Below, in pieces: positions 20,949 through 30,237 of a stretch of 64,000 nucleotides of DNA (its first letter is position 1; each line of letters begins with the position of its first letter). Source of the DNA: a virus (lineage: Duplodnaviria; Caudoviricetes). Location of the stretch: IMG/VR virus record IMGVR_UViG_3300043443_000360, positions 1 through 64,000 of that record; one strand, written 5' to 3'. The notes beneath the pieces are model-generated. The model was not told the DNA's origin, did no database searches, and worked only from the letters and a program-made list of their open reading frames with translations. The translations under genes and the position numbers were made by a program.

Positions 20949-23144
20949 GTGAGGAGAATAAAAAAATTAATACTAAGATCAGTTTTTATAACAGCACTCT
21001 TAGCACTGTGGCTACTAATATTCCCACAGGATACCGCTCATGCTGATGAAGTTAGTACAGTACAAGTAGCCCCTTCAGACACATCTACAGTAACAAGTTT
21101 AACGCCAGTAGCCATTATTGAGTCAGCACAGGCTGCAATTACTCAGGCTGAAAGTACAACGGCAGCAATAGAAACCCAAGCAGAAGCCATTACAGGGTCT
21201 ACAGAGACAGTTACAGCCACTATCGCACAGGCTCAGACCTCTATTGATCAAGCCCAAGCAGTAGTAGATAGTGCTACTGTGGCTATGGCTCAAGTCGATT
21301 CTTCCACTGTTTTAGTTGCTGAGGCTGAAGAAAACGTTACAATTGCAGAAATAGCAGTAGAATCTCAAACAGCAGTCGTGGAAGATAAAACTATAGTCGT
21401 AGAGTCTGCAACAGCGGTTGTTGAGGCTAATACAAGCCCAGGTTTAACAATGACAGTTTATCAGGATATTGGATATAATAATGCACCACCTCAAGGAACG
21501 GGAACAGTTACTTTAGTTACAACAGATACAAATGGTATTAATGAACAATGGGGTGGCGGAGGTCCTGCTAATACATACCCTGAAGATTTTCAGGTTAAGT
21601 GGGAAGGAATTTGGACTCCACAATATACTGGAACACAATGGATTTATGCAAATGCAGATGATGGAACACGCCTGTATCTTGATGGTCAGTTAGTAATTAA
21701 TGATTGGTATGACAAGGGTGGTGGTGGATCTACTGCTGCTATTCCAACCACTGCTGGAGTAGGAAAAGATTTTGAATTTTGGTTTTATGAAAATGGTGGC
21801 GGAGCAGGTGTTCAACTATATAGGTACAATGGGGATGGTTCATGGTCAATTATTCCTGCATCTGAATTCTCTACAACATCTGCAACACCAGAACAAATTC
21901 AAACACTTCAGACGGCACAAACAAATCTTGAAGTTGCACAAGCAACCCTGGATGTTCTTGAGGCAGACCTTGCAACCGCTGAAGAGGATTTAGTTGAAGC
22001 AGAAGAAAATCTTGAAGTAGCGGAAAATAATTTAGAAGCAGCAGTCATTGCAGTTGCAGTAGCAGTAACAACTATGAATAATAATGTAACAGCAGCACAG
22101 ACATTAGTTGTTTCAACACTTGCTGCAGAAGAGGCTGAAAGAGCAAGGATAGCAGAAGAAGCAAGACAAGCGGAGATCGCTAGACAAGCAGCACTAGCAG
22201 CAGAGGCTGCAAGAGTTGCTGCACAGCAAGCATACGAAGCAGAGCAAGCAAGGATTGCTGCAGAACAAGCAAGAATTAAAGCAGAGGCTGAAGCCAAAGC
22301 AGCAGAAGAGGCTGCAGCAAAAGCAGAGGCAGACAGAATTGCTGCTGAAGAAGAAGCAAAAAGATTAGAAGCAGAGCGCATTGCCGCTGAAGAGGCTGCA
22401 AAGAAAGCAGAAGAAGAGGCTAAGGCTAAGGCAGATGCTGAGGCTAAAGCAGAGGCTGATCGTCTAGCAGCAGAAGCAGAGGCTAAGGTTAAAGAAGAAG
22501 CAGAGGCTAAGGCCGAAGCAGAAAGATTAGCAGAAGAAGAGGCTAAGGCTAAAGCAGATGCTGAAGCAAAATCAAAAGCGGAAGAGGAAGCAAAAGCATT
22601 AGAAGCAAAGAAAGCAGAGGAAGCAGCAAAAGCCAAGGCAGAAGAAGAAGCCTTAAAGAAGGCTGCCGAAGAAGGTAAATTAACTGAAGCACAAAAAGAA
22701 GCAGTAGTAGAAAATCTAGTAGCAAACTTACAACCAGGAGAATCTATATCAGCAGCAGAAATAAAAGCATCTGGGGTATCATATGCAGATTTACCACCAG
22801 CAACTCCAGTAGAAGTTAGAACAGATGAAAATGGCAACGCATTAATTATTACAGCAGAAGTCGCTGCACAGGTTGAACTTGTTTCTAACCCAGCAGCATT
22901 AGTTGAAGAGTTATTTACAGATCCTGGAGCAGCGCTTGCTGCACTTGGAAGTATTGGAGCAGATATGACTCCAGCAGAAAGAGAAGAGGCAACTGAAATG
23001 GTTGTAGCAACAGTAGTGGCAGCAGGTGCAGCACTTAATGCTGTAGGTGCAGCAACTGGTGGATCAGCACCAACAGGTGGTGGTTCATCTGGACCAAGTG
23101 GTGGAACAAACTCAGGTGGTTCGAGGAGGAATGAAAGATGGTAA
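20949..23144 (+). CDS. Exported PA14-domain protein with long Ala/Glu/Lys coiled-coil stalk
   Basis: Signal peptide AHA; DFQVKWEG...ADDGTRLYLDG...FYENGGG (PA14); EAEAKA repeats. Confidence 0.8.
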   Translation: MRRIKKLILRSVFITALLALWLLIFPQDTAHADEVSTVQVAPSDTSTVTSLTPVAIIESAQAAITQAESTTAAIETQAEAITGSTETVTATIAQAQTSIDQAQAVVDSATVAMAQVDSSTVLVAEAEENVTIAEIAVESQTAVVEDKTIVVESATAVVEANTSPGLTMTVYQDIGYNNAPPQGTGTVTLVTTDTNGINEQWGGGGPANTYPEDFQVKWEGIWTPQYTGTQWIYANADDGTRLYLDGQLVINDWYDKGGGGSTAAIPTTAGVGKDFEFWFYENGGGAGVQLYRYNGDGSWSIIPASEFSTTSATPEQIQTLQTAQTNLEVAQATLDVLEADLATAEEDLVEAEENLEVAENNLEAAVIAVAVAVTTMNNNVTAAQTLVVSTLAAEEAERARIAEEARQAEIARQAALAAEAARVAAQQAYEAEQARIAAEQARIKAEAEAKAAEEAAAKAEADRIAAEEEAKRLEAERIAAEEAAKKAEEEAKAKADAEAKAEADRLAAEAEAKVKEEAEAKAEAERLAEEEAKAKADAEAKSKAEEEAKALEAKKAEEAAKAKAEEEALKKAAEEGKLTEAQKEAVVENLVANLQPGESISAAEIKASGVSYADLPPATPVEVRTDENGNALIITAEVAAQVELVSNPAALVEELFTDPGAALAALGSIGADMTPAEREEATEMVVATVVAAGAALNAVGAATGGSAPTGGGSSGPSGGTNSGGSRRNERW

Positions 23145-23308
23145 AACTATTAAAAGACCTACTTGATCAACAATGGACACTCCTAGGCATGTTTATCGCT
23201 TGGGTGGTTTTAGATGGTAGTGCTAAAACAGTTGTTGGTTATGGAATTATAATTACATGTCTAACTTGGATATTAAGTTATCCAATTAGAAATAGAGAGG
23301 AGGACTAA
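23138..23308 (+). CDS. Small two-TM membrane protein (not in ORF track)
   Basis: 56 aa, SD GAGGAG, WTLLGMFIAWVVLDG. Confidence 0.65.
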   Translation: MVKLLKDLLDQQWTLLGMFIAWVVLDGSAKTVVGYGIIITCLTWILSYPIRNREED

Positions 23309-23310
23309 AT

Positions 23311-23610
23311 ATGAATAGCATAACAAATATTTGGAATATCCTTATGCGTATTGTTGCGGTCTTTGCAGCAAATGCATTAGCCGTTATCGGCGCAGGAGCA
23401 ATTGCAGGAATCTCAGTCGCAAAGGCCATGACAGTTGCAGGGCTCAGTGCTGTGGCAGTTGTAGTTGAAAAGTTGGCTCGTGCATTTATGGATGATGGAA
23501 AACTTACAAGAGATGAGATTAATGCAGCATTTTCTACTACAGATAAAAATGCAGTAACTGTACAAGATGCAGCAGTAGAATCACGCAGAAAAAAATCAAA
23601 GACAGCATAA
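23311..23610 (+). CDS. Holin-like membrane protein
   Basis: Two hydrophobic helices and a basic C-tail; SD GGAGG. Confidence 0.5.
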   Translation: MNSITNIWNILMRIVAVFAANALAVIGAGAIAGISVAKAMTVAGLSAVAVVVEKLARAFMDDGKLTRDEINAAFSTTDKNAVTVQDAAVESRRKKSKTA

Positions 23611-23691
23611 TTAAGCATATCTAACTATGTTTGACAGCCCTCTCTGGGTAATGGTATACTTTAGTATATCTATCTAGAGGGGGCTTTTGCC

Positions 23692-24216
23692 ATGACTTGT
23701 ATTGCTGTAGTAAAACATGAAGATAAAATCTACATGGCTGGAGATCGTGGTGCGTCAGATGACGGTACCATTCTAGCACTTGATGCACCTAAAGTTTGGA
23801 AGATTGGTCCATACTTAATTGGTTATGCGGGAGCAATGGACGGAGAAAGAATTCGTTACAATTTTAAACCAACTGCACCAAATATTAAAGATACAGATAA
23901 GTTTATGCAGACAAAATTTGTAAAAGAACTTCGTGATTTCTATAATGAGTTCTGGGTAGACACATCTAAAGATGGAGATCTTGGTTTGATCATTGCAGTT
24001 CGTGGTGAAATATATGAACATAGTTCTGCAGATATGTCTTTATCTAAATATACACTTCCATATCTTGCAATGGGGTCAGGTGCAGAATATGCATATGGTG
24101 TTTTATATGCTACAGATAAACAAAAAAATGCAAGAAATAGAGTGCAACAGGCAGTATCAGCAGCAATTAAATTTAGTCCATCATGTATGGGGCCAGTTGA
24201 CATTGTCAGTATCTAA
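23692..24216 (+). CDS. HslV/proteasome-beta-like Ntn hydrolase
   Basis: N-terminal Thr (M-TCI), AGD, PKV, AMGSG. Confidence 0.8.
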   Translation: MTCIAVVKHEDKIYMAGDRGASDDGTILALDAPKVWKIGPYLIGYAGAMDGERIRYNFKPTAPNIKDTDKFMQTKFVKELRDFYNEFWVDTSKDGDLGLIIAVRGEIYEHSSADMSLSKYTLPYLAMGSGAEYAYGVLYATDKQKNARNRVQQAVSAAIKFSPSCMGPVDIVSI

Positions 24217-24231
24217 GTGTATACTGAATAT

Positions 24232-24438
24232 ATGAATCATACAAACGAAAAAAATTTATCACCAGAAGAACAAGAGTTTGGTATCTGGCTTTCAAACGGT
24301 ATCGATAGAGGATGGGTAACACCACCCTATTGCAATACTCACGACGGCGGATACGAATATATGGGAGAAGAAGAAGTAGAAGAATGGGAAGCAGGAGGCG
24401 ACCCATGTTGTCATGTCATCAGATTGATGATATCGTAA
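24232..24438 (+). CDS. Hypothetical protein
   Basis: TTGACA(24197)-17-TATACT, then leaderless ATG. Confidence 0.65.
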   Translation: MNHTNEKNLSPEEQEFGIWLSNGIDRGWVTPPYCNTHDGGYEYMGEEEVEEWEAGGDPCCHVIRLMIS

Positions 24439-24456
24439 AAAATGAAAAGGAATAAA

Positions 24457-25236
24457 ATGAAGAAGATCCTAGCACTAGTAGCAGTATTATTTTCAGTTGT
24501 AGCACCAGTTCAATCACAAGCAGCAGTCGGTGAGCGTATTGTAATCATTGATAGTGCATTCAATCTATCACAAATTAGTGGAAGTGTTGAGTTTGTTTGT
24601 ATTGCATCCGATAAGTGTGTTAATAAGACAAGTTCAAACATCGATCACGGCACACAAATGGCTTTGGTTGCTCGTCAACAGAATCCGTCTGCAACACTTG
24701 TATTAGTACAGGGAGCACCAATAAGCAAAAGGGGAGTCGCATCTGATGTCAATCTAATTGGACTAATTTCAGCACTTGATTTTGTAAATAATAATTCGTC
24801 AAATGTTTCTGGAGTATCATTTTCAAGATATATAAATGCTACAGGGAAATTGGCTGGACAATGTTTTCCAGCAGCAGTTGCACCTTATACGCCACAATCT
24901 GGATTTGACAGGGTCAAGTCTTCTGTTATTGCATTAAATCAAAAGGGTATTCAGGTTTATGCAGCAGCAGGAAACACGGTCTCAAAAACAATTGATTTTC
25001 CAGCATGTGTTTCCGAAGTAGTTTCTGTTGGATCGTATATTTATGGTAAATCATATCGTGGTGGAAACGTAGATGTCTTGGCAACGCTATCGGCACCAGA
25101 TAATACATCAACAATTAAAAACCTTATTCCAAATGTATCAATAGGGTTTTCAACTTCTGTTGCTACTGCTGCGGTTGCAGCAAACTCAAAGGCATTGGTA
25201 TCATCATCAGATATGGTAACAGTGGTCTCTAACTAA
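24457..25236 (+). CDS. Secreted subtilisin-like (S8) protease, divergent
   Basis: Signal peptide; IIDS, DHGTQMA, AAAGN, FPAC, STSVATA (D/H/N/S). Confidence 0.75.
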   Translation: MKKILALVAVLFSVVAPVQSQAAVGERIVIIDSAFNLSQISGSVEFVCIASDKCVNKTSSNIDHGTQMALVARQQNPSATLVLVQGAPISKRGVASDVNLIGLISALDFVNNNSSNVSGVSFSRYINATGKLAGQCFPAAVAPYTPQSGFDRVKSSVIALNQKGIQVYAAAGNTVSKTIDFPACVSEVVSVGSYIYGKSYRGGNVDVLATLSAPDNTSTIKNLIPNVSIGFSTSVATAAVAANSKALVSSSDMVTVVSN

Positions 25237-25245
25237 GAGATCCTA

Positions 25246-25318
25246 TGGACTGTAGTTCAGTTGGTAGAACACTCGACTGTTAATCGAGATGTCGCAGGAT
25301 CGAGACCTGCCAGTCCAG
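25246..25318 (+). tRNA. tRNA-Asn(GTT)
   Basis: Acceptor TGGACTG/CAGTCCA; anticodon arm CTCGA-CTGTTAA-TCGAG; atypical T-loop ATCGAGA; no encoded CCA. Confidence 0.9.
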
Positions 25319-25361
25319 CAAAGTGATATAATATACTTATATAGATTATAGGAGGCCACCA

Positions 25362-26147
25362 ATGGCAGCAAAAGGAACAAGAGAACTTCTTCTAGAAATT
25401 ATTCAGAAAGAAGTTGGAACCGTAGAAGGTCCAAAAGATAATGAAACAAAGTATGGTGCATACACAAAGGCAAACTTTTTACCATGGTGTGGATCATTTG
25501 TTAACTGGTCAGCAAATCAGGCTGGCATAAAGGTTCCAAACACAGTTTATACACCAGCAGGTGTAGCAGCATTTAAGAAGGCTGGTAAGTGGGTTCCAGT
25601 TAAAAACAATAAACCACAGCCAGGATGGGTAGTTTATTTTGATTTCCCAGGTGGAAGAGACATTGATCACGTTGGTTGGGTATTAAAGGACAATGGTGAT
25701 GGAACCGCTTGGTGTATTGAAGGAAATACATCTGCAGATGGTAAGAAGGGCTCCCAATCAAATGGTGGTGAATGTGCAAAGAAACTTCGTGCATATGGTC
25801 CAAATAAGAAGGGGCTTCCAGTATTTATTGCAGGGTACGGAGCAGTTGATTATCCAGATGCTCCAGTACAAGAAGTTAAAACACTTGAAGAAAAGAAGGT
25901 GGCACTTGCAGAAGTTGCAAAATCACAGGGTGTTGAAGTGCCAGCAGTCAAACTATTTAAGCCAATTAAAAAGGGTGCCAAGGGTCAGGCTGTTAAGAAT
26001 GTTCAGGCTCTACTTAAGATCAATGCTGATGGTGAGTTTGGTCCAGGAACTGAAAAGGCTGTTAAGGCTTTCCAAATTAAAGAAAAAATCAAGCCAACAG
26101 GCATTGTTGATGAAGAAACATTTCGTCGACTAAAGGGAGTAAAGTAA
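25362..26147 (+). CDS. Endolysin: CHAP domain + peptidoglycan-binding domain
   Basis: WCGSFV, DHVG, IEGN; DGEFGPGTEKAVKAFQ. Confidence 0.9.
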   Translation: MAAKGTRELLLEIIQKEVGTVEGPKDNETKYGAYTKANFLPWCGSFVNWSANQAGIKVPNTVYTPAGVAAFKKAGKWVPVKNNKPQPGWVVYFDFPGGRDIDHVGWVLKDNGDGTAWCIEGNTSADGKKGSQSNGGECAKKLRAYGPNKKGLPVFIAGYGAVDYPDAPVQEVKTLEEKKVALAEVAKSQGVEVPAVKLFKPIKKGAKGQAVKNVQALLKINADGEFGPGTEKAVKAFQIKEKIKPTGIVDEETFRRLKGVK

Positions 26148-26348
26148 ATGGAATCTACAAAGCGTACGCTATTAAAAACTTTCAGTTGGGAAACTTTTCA
26201 TTTAATTGGTGTAGCAGGAGTTATCTATTTGTTTACTGGCGAATGGGAATACGCTAGTCTCGGTGCTCTTCTATACATAGGCTGGGAAGCACTTGGATAT
26301 TTTATTCATGAGCGAATCTGGGCAAAGTTTGGTAAAGGAGTTAGATAA
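26148..26348 (+). CDS. DUF2061-like membrane protein
   Basis: RTLLKTFSW...YFIHERIW. Confidence 0.8.
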   Translation: MESTKRTLLKTFSWETFHLIGVAGVIYLFTGEWEYASLGALLYIGWEALGYFIHERIWAKFGKGVR

Positions 26349-26451
26349 TGCGTATTAAGATTATTAAGTTTGTTGTAAAAGTACTTGGATATGAATGGGG
26401 CGGAGATAATTTAAATGCTCCCATTTGGACAGTAAAAGCAAAGAAGAAATA

Positions 26452-26637
26452 ATGCCATCATATGATTATGACTGTATGTCTTGTGCAAAAAGATATACAA
26501 AAGTGAGATCTATGTCTGAAGATGATCCAGGGTATCTGTGTGATGCTTGCAATAAACCATTGGTTCGTGTATACTTAAATGCAGGGTTCATTCTAAATGG
26601 ATCTGGATTTTATTCAACAGACAATAGAAAGAAGTAG
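26452..26637 (+). CDS. FmdB-family zinc-ribbon protein
   Basis: MPSYDYDC..C...C..C...GSGFYSTD. Confidence 0.85.
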   Translation: MPSYDYDCMSCAKRYTKVRSMSEDDPGYLCDACNKPLVRVYLNAGFILNGSGFYSTDNRKK

Positions 26638-26643
26638 TATACT

Positions 26644-26877
26644 ATGAATACAATGATTGAGACATCTGAAAAAGAAAAAGAGTGGGTTCTAAAGGCAACA
26701 GATAGATGTGACTCTTGTTCTGCTCAAGCCCTAGTTCAAGTAACTGGTCTTAATGGTGATTTAATGTTTTGCGGTCATCATTATAATAAGATTATGGATA
26801 ACCCAGATGGATACAAAAAGATGATGTCTTTTATGATTAATATTGTTGATGAGCGAGAAAAAATATCTAAGGAATAG
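26644..26877 (+). CDS. Small Zn-binding protein of actinobacterial type
   Basis: DRCDSCSAQA...LMFCGHH. Confidence 0.7.
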   Translation: MNTMIETSEKEKEWVLKATDRCDSCSAQALVQVTGLNGDLMFCGHHYNKIMDNPDGYKKMMSFMINIVDEREKISKE

Positions 26878-27471
26878 TTGATGCATATTCATGAAAAAGA
26901 ATATGACAAAATTCTGTTTGTACACATACCAAAAACTGCTGGTACGTCAGTATTAAATGCAATTAAAGAAAAGGGATTAGACCCTTGGGATAGAAAGTCT
27001 AATGATTATCCTAGGGGTCATATTCCTTTATTTCTTTTAAAAAAGCAGATAGCACAAAATGAATCAGTTTTTTCTTTTTCTGTTGTTAGAAATCCATACA
27101 CTAGAACCTATAGTTGTTTTCATCAATTTAATAAAACTAATAAAACAAATTTATCCTTTATTGAATATTTAAAAAATATACAACGTAATAATATTTCTAA
27201 GATCACGCCGTTGTTGCACTTACCGCAATACTTATATCTTATTAATGAGTATGGAACTTTAGATACTGATAGAATATATAAATTTGAAAATCTAAAAGAA
27301 TTAGAAAATGATCTTAGATTAGAATTAGCAGTTGACAACATAGGCAAATATATGGTAGAATTATATAATCAAGACTATACAAGCGAAGCAATAGATTTAG
27401 TATCATACATATATAAGTCAGATTTTGATCGTTTTGAATATTCTAAAGAGTTTGTACGATTGGGCGAATAA
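26878..27471 (+). CDS. Sulfotransferase (family 2)
   Basis: FVHIPKTAGTS (5'-PSB), VRNPYTRTYS (3'-PB), YKSDFDRFEY. Confidence 0.88.
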   Translation: MMHIHEKEYDKILFVHIPKTAGTSVLNAIKEKGLDPWDRKSNDYPRGHIPLFLLKKQIAQNESVFSFSVVRNPYTRTYSCFHQFNKTNKTNLSFIEYLKNIQRNNISKITPLLHLPQYLYLINEYGTLDTDRIYKFENLKELENDLRLELAVDNIGKYMVELYNQDYTSEAIDLVSYIYKSDFDRFEYSKEFVRLGE

Positions 27472-27473
27472 TT

Positions 27474-28031
27474 ATGAGCAAATTAGAAGAAGATTTTAAT
27501 TTTAAAAGACATGGTTCTTTTAATATTGATGCTATTAAGTCCCACATTGCAAACTTTGTAGATGAATGGTTTATTGATATTTCTAGACAGTTGCAATATG
27601 CAAACCACAAAGATACAGAGTCTTATTTTATATATAAGTCAGATCTTACTTGGAGTAAAGGTAGTGAGTTTGCTTATGAACAAAAATCTCAAGATGATGT
27701 TTTGGTTCAGTTAGTAGAGCCAATAGTAAAAACTTTAGAAGATATTCATAATGGCATAAGGGGAAATGTTTTGTTAATAAAACTAAAATCAAAACAGAAC
27801 ATCCCAAGCCACTTTGATGATGGAGACTATTTAATTTATTCAAGAAGGCATCATGTTCCTATCATTACAAGCAATGATACAATGTTTGGAGTTGGACTAG
27901 AAAGTATTAATATGGCCGAAGGTGATTGCTGGGAAATTAATAATACTAGGCTTCACTCTGTTAAAAACAATAGCAATATAGACAGGGTGCATTTACTAGT
28001 TGATATTATGCCAAAGGGAGAAATAAAATGA
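27474..28031 (+). CDS. Aspartyl/asparaginyl beta-hydroxylase-like 2OG oxygenase
   Basis: SHFD, RHHVPI, WEINN.RLHSV.N...RVHLLVD. Confidence 0.85.
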   Translation: MSKLEEDFNFKRHGSFNIDAIKSHIANFVDEWFIDISRQLQYANHKDTESYFIYKSDLTWSKGSEFAYEQKSQDDVLVQLVEPIVKTLEDIHNGIRGNVLLIKLKSKQNIPSHFDDGDYLIYSRRHHVPIITSNDTMFGVGLESINMAEGDCWEINNTRLHSVKNNSNIDRVHLLVDIMPKGEIK

Positions 28032-28540
28032 TTATACAATTAATGGGGATGGACTCTGAAACCAGAGAAAAAATTGGAAGAGAGTTTGCCAAGAAGATTG
28101 ACGCTTGGTACTTAGACAGCAGAGATCTTCCAATGGGCCATACACAGCCACAGCAGGCAAGATGGCTTAGGGTTGTTGCAAAAGCCTACGATAGAAATAA
28201 CCGTGGTCATATTGTCACCAGCGGGTTTTTTGCTACGGCAGAATCACGTGAGCAATATCGTATTGAGGGTGGTAGACAAGTTCCAGATTTTTCTGTTTAT
28301 ATTGATACAATACCTCATGATCAATTTCATACAATTCCAGGGTATGTAGAACGTGTTGTTCAAAATATTGATGACCATAGCAAGGACGAAATGCAAAGAC
28401 TAGATTATTGGGAAGAACCAGCAGAAGAAGACTATGATTTAATAATTAAAGATGGTTCAAATATTTCTGAGGCTGCAAATATTATATTTGAAGAGTATAA
28501 TAAAAAAATGGTTGATTATAAGATAGTTACTAGGGGATAG
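28028..28540 (+). CDS. Degenerate APS-kinase-like protein
   Basis: Paralogue of the 28549 N-domain (MII.., QAR, IDTI, WE.P..YD) with lost P-loop (GMDSETRE). Confidence 0.55.
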   Translation: MIIQLMGMDSETREKIGREFAKKIDAWYLDSRDLPMGHTQPQQARWLRVVAKAYDRNNRGHIVTSGFFATAESREQYRIEGGRQVPDFSVYIDTIPHDQFHTIPGYVERVVQNIDDHSKDEMQRLDYWEEPAEEDYDLIIKDGSNISEAANIIFEEYNKKMVDYKIVTRG

Positions 28541-28548
28541 GGAAAACA

Positions 28549-29316
28549 ATGATTATTCTTTTTATTGGACTGCCAGGGGCAGGAAAAACTAGCATTGCTG
28601 GAGCAGTAAGTGATAGGGTTAATGGCCTACATCTTAATGCAGATGAAGTACGTAATGGTGTCAATAAGGATTTAGGTTTTACTACAGAAGATCGTATTGA
28701 GCAAGCCCGTCGCATGGGAGAACTAGCAAGACTTATGGAACGCAAACAGGAGCGCCCAGTCATTGTTGATTTTGTATGTCCAACAGAAGAAACACGTAGA
28801 GCCTTTGGTGAAGCAGATTTAGTTGTTTGGGTAGATACTATTAAAGAAGGTCGCTTTGATGATACAAATAAACTTTGGGAAGATCCACAGTACTACGATC
28901 ATCGCATTGAAGTAACTGGAGATGATTATCTAGATTCGCTTCCAACAAGAGCAATTACGGTTGTTCGTAAGTTTGGTCTAATTGATTGGAAGGAAGATAC
29001 AGTACTTCTCCTTGGTCGCTACCAACCTTGGCATGAAGGACATCGTGCTCTTTATGAAGAGGCAAAGAAGAGAGCCTATCAAGTCGTTATTGGTGTTAGA
29101 CATACTTCAGGCATGACACCAAAGGATCCTCTACACTTCCATGAAGTTAAGCAGCACATACTTAATGATGTTCCAGATGCATTTGTGGTTAAGATGCCTA
29201 ATATTACTAACATTGTATATGGTCGTGATGTTGGATATAAGATTGAGCAAGTAGATTTGGGGGAAGCGATTCATGCTATTTCGGCTACTCAAAAGCGTAA
29301 AGAATTGGGCATTTGA
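28549..29316 (+). CDS. cysC: Adenylylsulfate kinase fused to an HxGH nucleotidyltransferase domain
   Basis: GLPGAGKT, NADEVR, DLGFT.EDR; C-domain GRYQPWHEGH...ISAT. Confidence 0.85.
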   Translation: MIILFIGLPGAGKTSIAGAVSDRVNGLHLNADEVRNGVNKDLGFTTEDRIEQARRMGELARLMERKQERPVIVDFVCPTEETRRAFGEADLVVWVDTIKEGRFDDTNKLWEDPQYYDHRIEVTGDDYLDSLPTRAITVVRKFGLIDWKEDTVLLLGRYQPWHEGHRALYEEAKKRAYQVVIGVRHTSGMTPKDPLHFHEVKQHILNDVPDAFVVKMPNITNIVYGRDVGYKIEQVDLGEAIHAISATQKRKELGI

Positions 29317-29378
29317 TTTTATTTTTGATAATAAACTTGCAGATGTAGAAACACGACTATATGTTAGGGAAATAAAAG

Positions 29379-29582
29379 ATGACAGTAACAAAGGCTAGAT
29401 CATTTGCTAAAGCATTAAGTTATCGTATTTGGGGAACACTTTCCTCATTTGTTGTCGCCTATGTTTTAACAGGAGATGCTACGCTCTCAGGTGCAATTGC
29501 ATTTTGGGAAACGGTAGTTAAAGTATTTATATACTACGCACATGAGCGTGGTTGGAACTATATACAATGGGGGAGAAAATAA
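29379..29582 (+). CDS. DUF2061-like membrane protein
   Basis: RSFAKALSYR...YYAHERGW. Confidence 0.85.
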   Translation: MTVTKARSFAKALSYRIWGTLSSFVVAYVLTGDATLSGAIAFWETVVKVFIYYAHERGWNYIQWGRK

Positions 29583-29989
29583 TGTATGAGTATTATGTAA
29601 GAAAAGTAGAGAACGTAGTAGATGGAGATACCATTGACGTACTAATTGATTTAGGGTTTGACATCTTATTTGCATCTCGTGTAAGACTGGCTGGTATTGA
29701 TACCCCTGAATCTCGTACAAAGGATCTTGCTGAGAAAGCACTTGGTCTAGAAGCCAAGGAGTACCTAAAGAAGTCCCTAAAGGATGCCAAGTCTGTTGTA
29801 ATTAAGACTGAAAAAATGGACTCGTCTGAGAAGTATGGTCGTATTTTGGGCTGGGTATATACAGACGGAAATACAGTATCCCTAAACGACATGATGATCA
29901 ATGACGGTTATGCATGGGGATACCTAGGCGATACCAAGGTCAAAGATTTTGATGTACTAGCAAAGGCTAGAAAGAAGTCTGGGAAATGA
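29582..29989 (+). CDS. Thermonuclease (SNase-like)
   Basis: VVDGDT, RLAGIDTPE, KYGRILG. Confidence 0.92.
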   Translation: MYEYYVRKVENVVDGDTIDVLIDLGFDILFASRVRLAGIDTPESRTKDLAEKALGLEAKEYLKKSLKDAKSVVIKTEKMDSSEKYGRILGWVYTDGNTVSLNDMMINDGYAWGYLGDTKVKDFDVLAKARKKSGK

Positions 29990-30237
29990 GTCACGTACTT
30001 TATTTTACAGCAGATTGGTGTAATCCATGTCAAAGAACTAGACCAATTGCAGAAGAACTAAAACGAGACGGAGTAATTGACTTTGTATTTGTTGATGCAG
30101 ACTCTGAAGTTGAACTTGTAAAAAAGTTTCAAATTAAAACAGTACCAACTTATATTCTTATTGAGAATAATATTGAAACAAAAAGAATGAATGGTGCTAA
30201 AACTCGACAAGACTTCTTAGATTTTATTGGAGAGTAA
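29986..30237 (+). CDS. Thioredoxin
   Basis: FTADWCNPC, VPT. Confidence 0.9.
   Translation: MSHVLYFTADWCNPCQRTRPIAEELKRDGVIDFVFVDADSEVELVKKFQIKTVPTYILIENNIETKRMNGAKTRQDFLDFIGE

Noticed and set aside
22130-22680. Repetitive GCAGAAGAAG-like DNA as a repeat array or CRISPR
   Set aside because: In-frame coding of the EAEAKA coiled coil; no fixed repeat-spacer structure.
19747-22837. Long antisense ORFs (19747-20127, 20347-20841, 21908-22837, - strand)
   Set aside because: Shadows of Ala-rich GCW/GAA codon repeats in the real + strand genes; no RBS or promoter.
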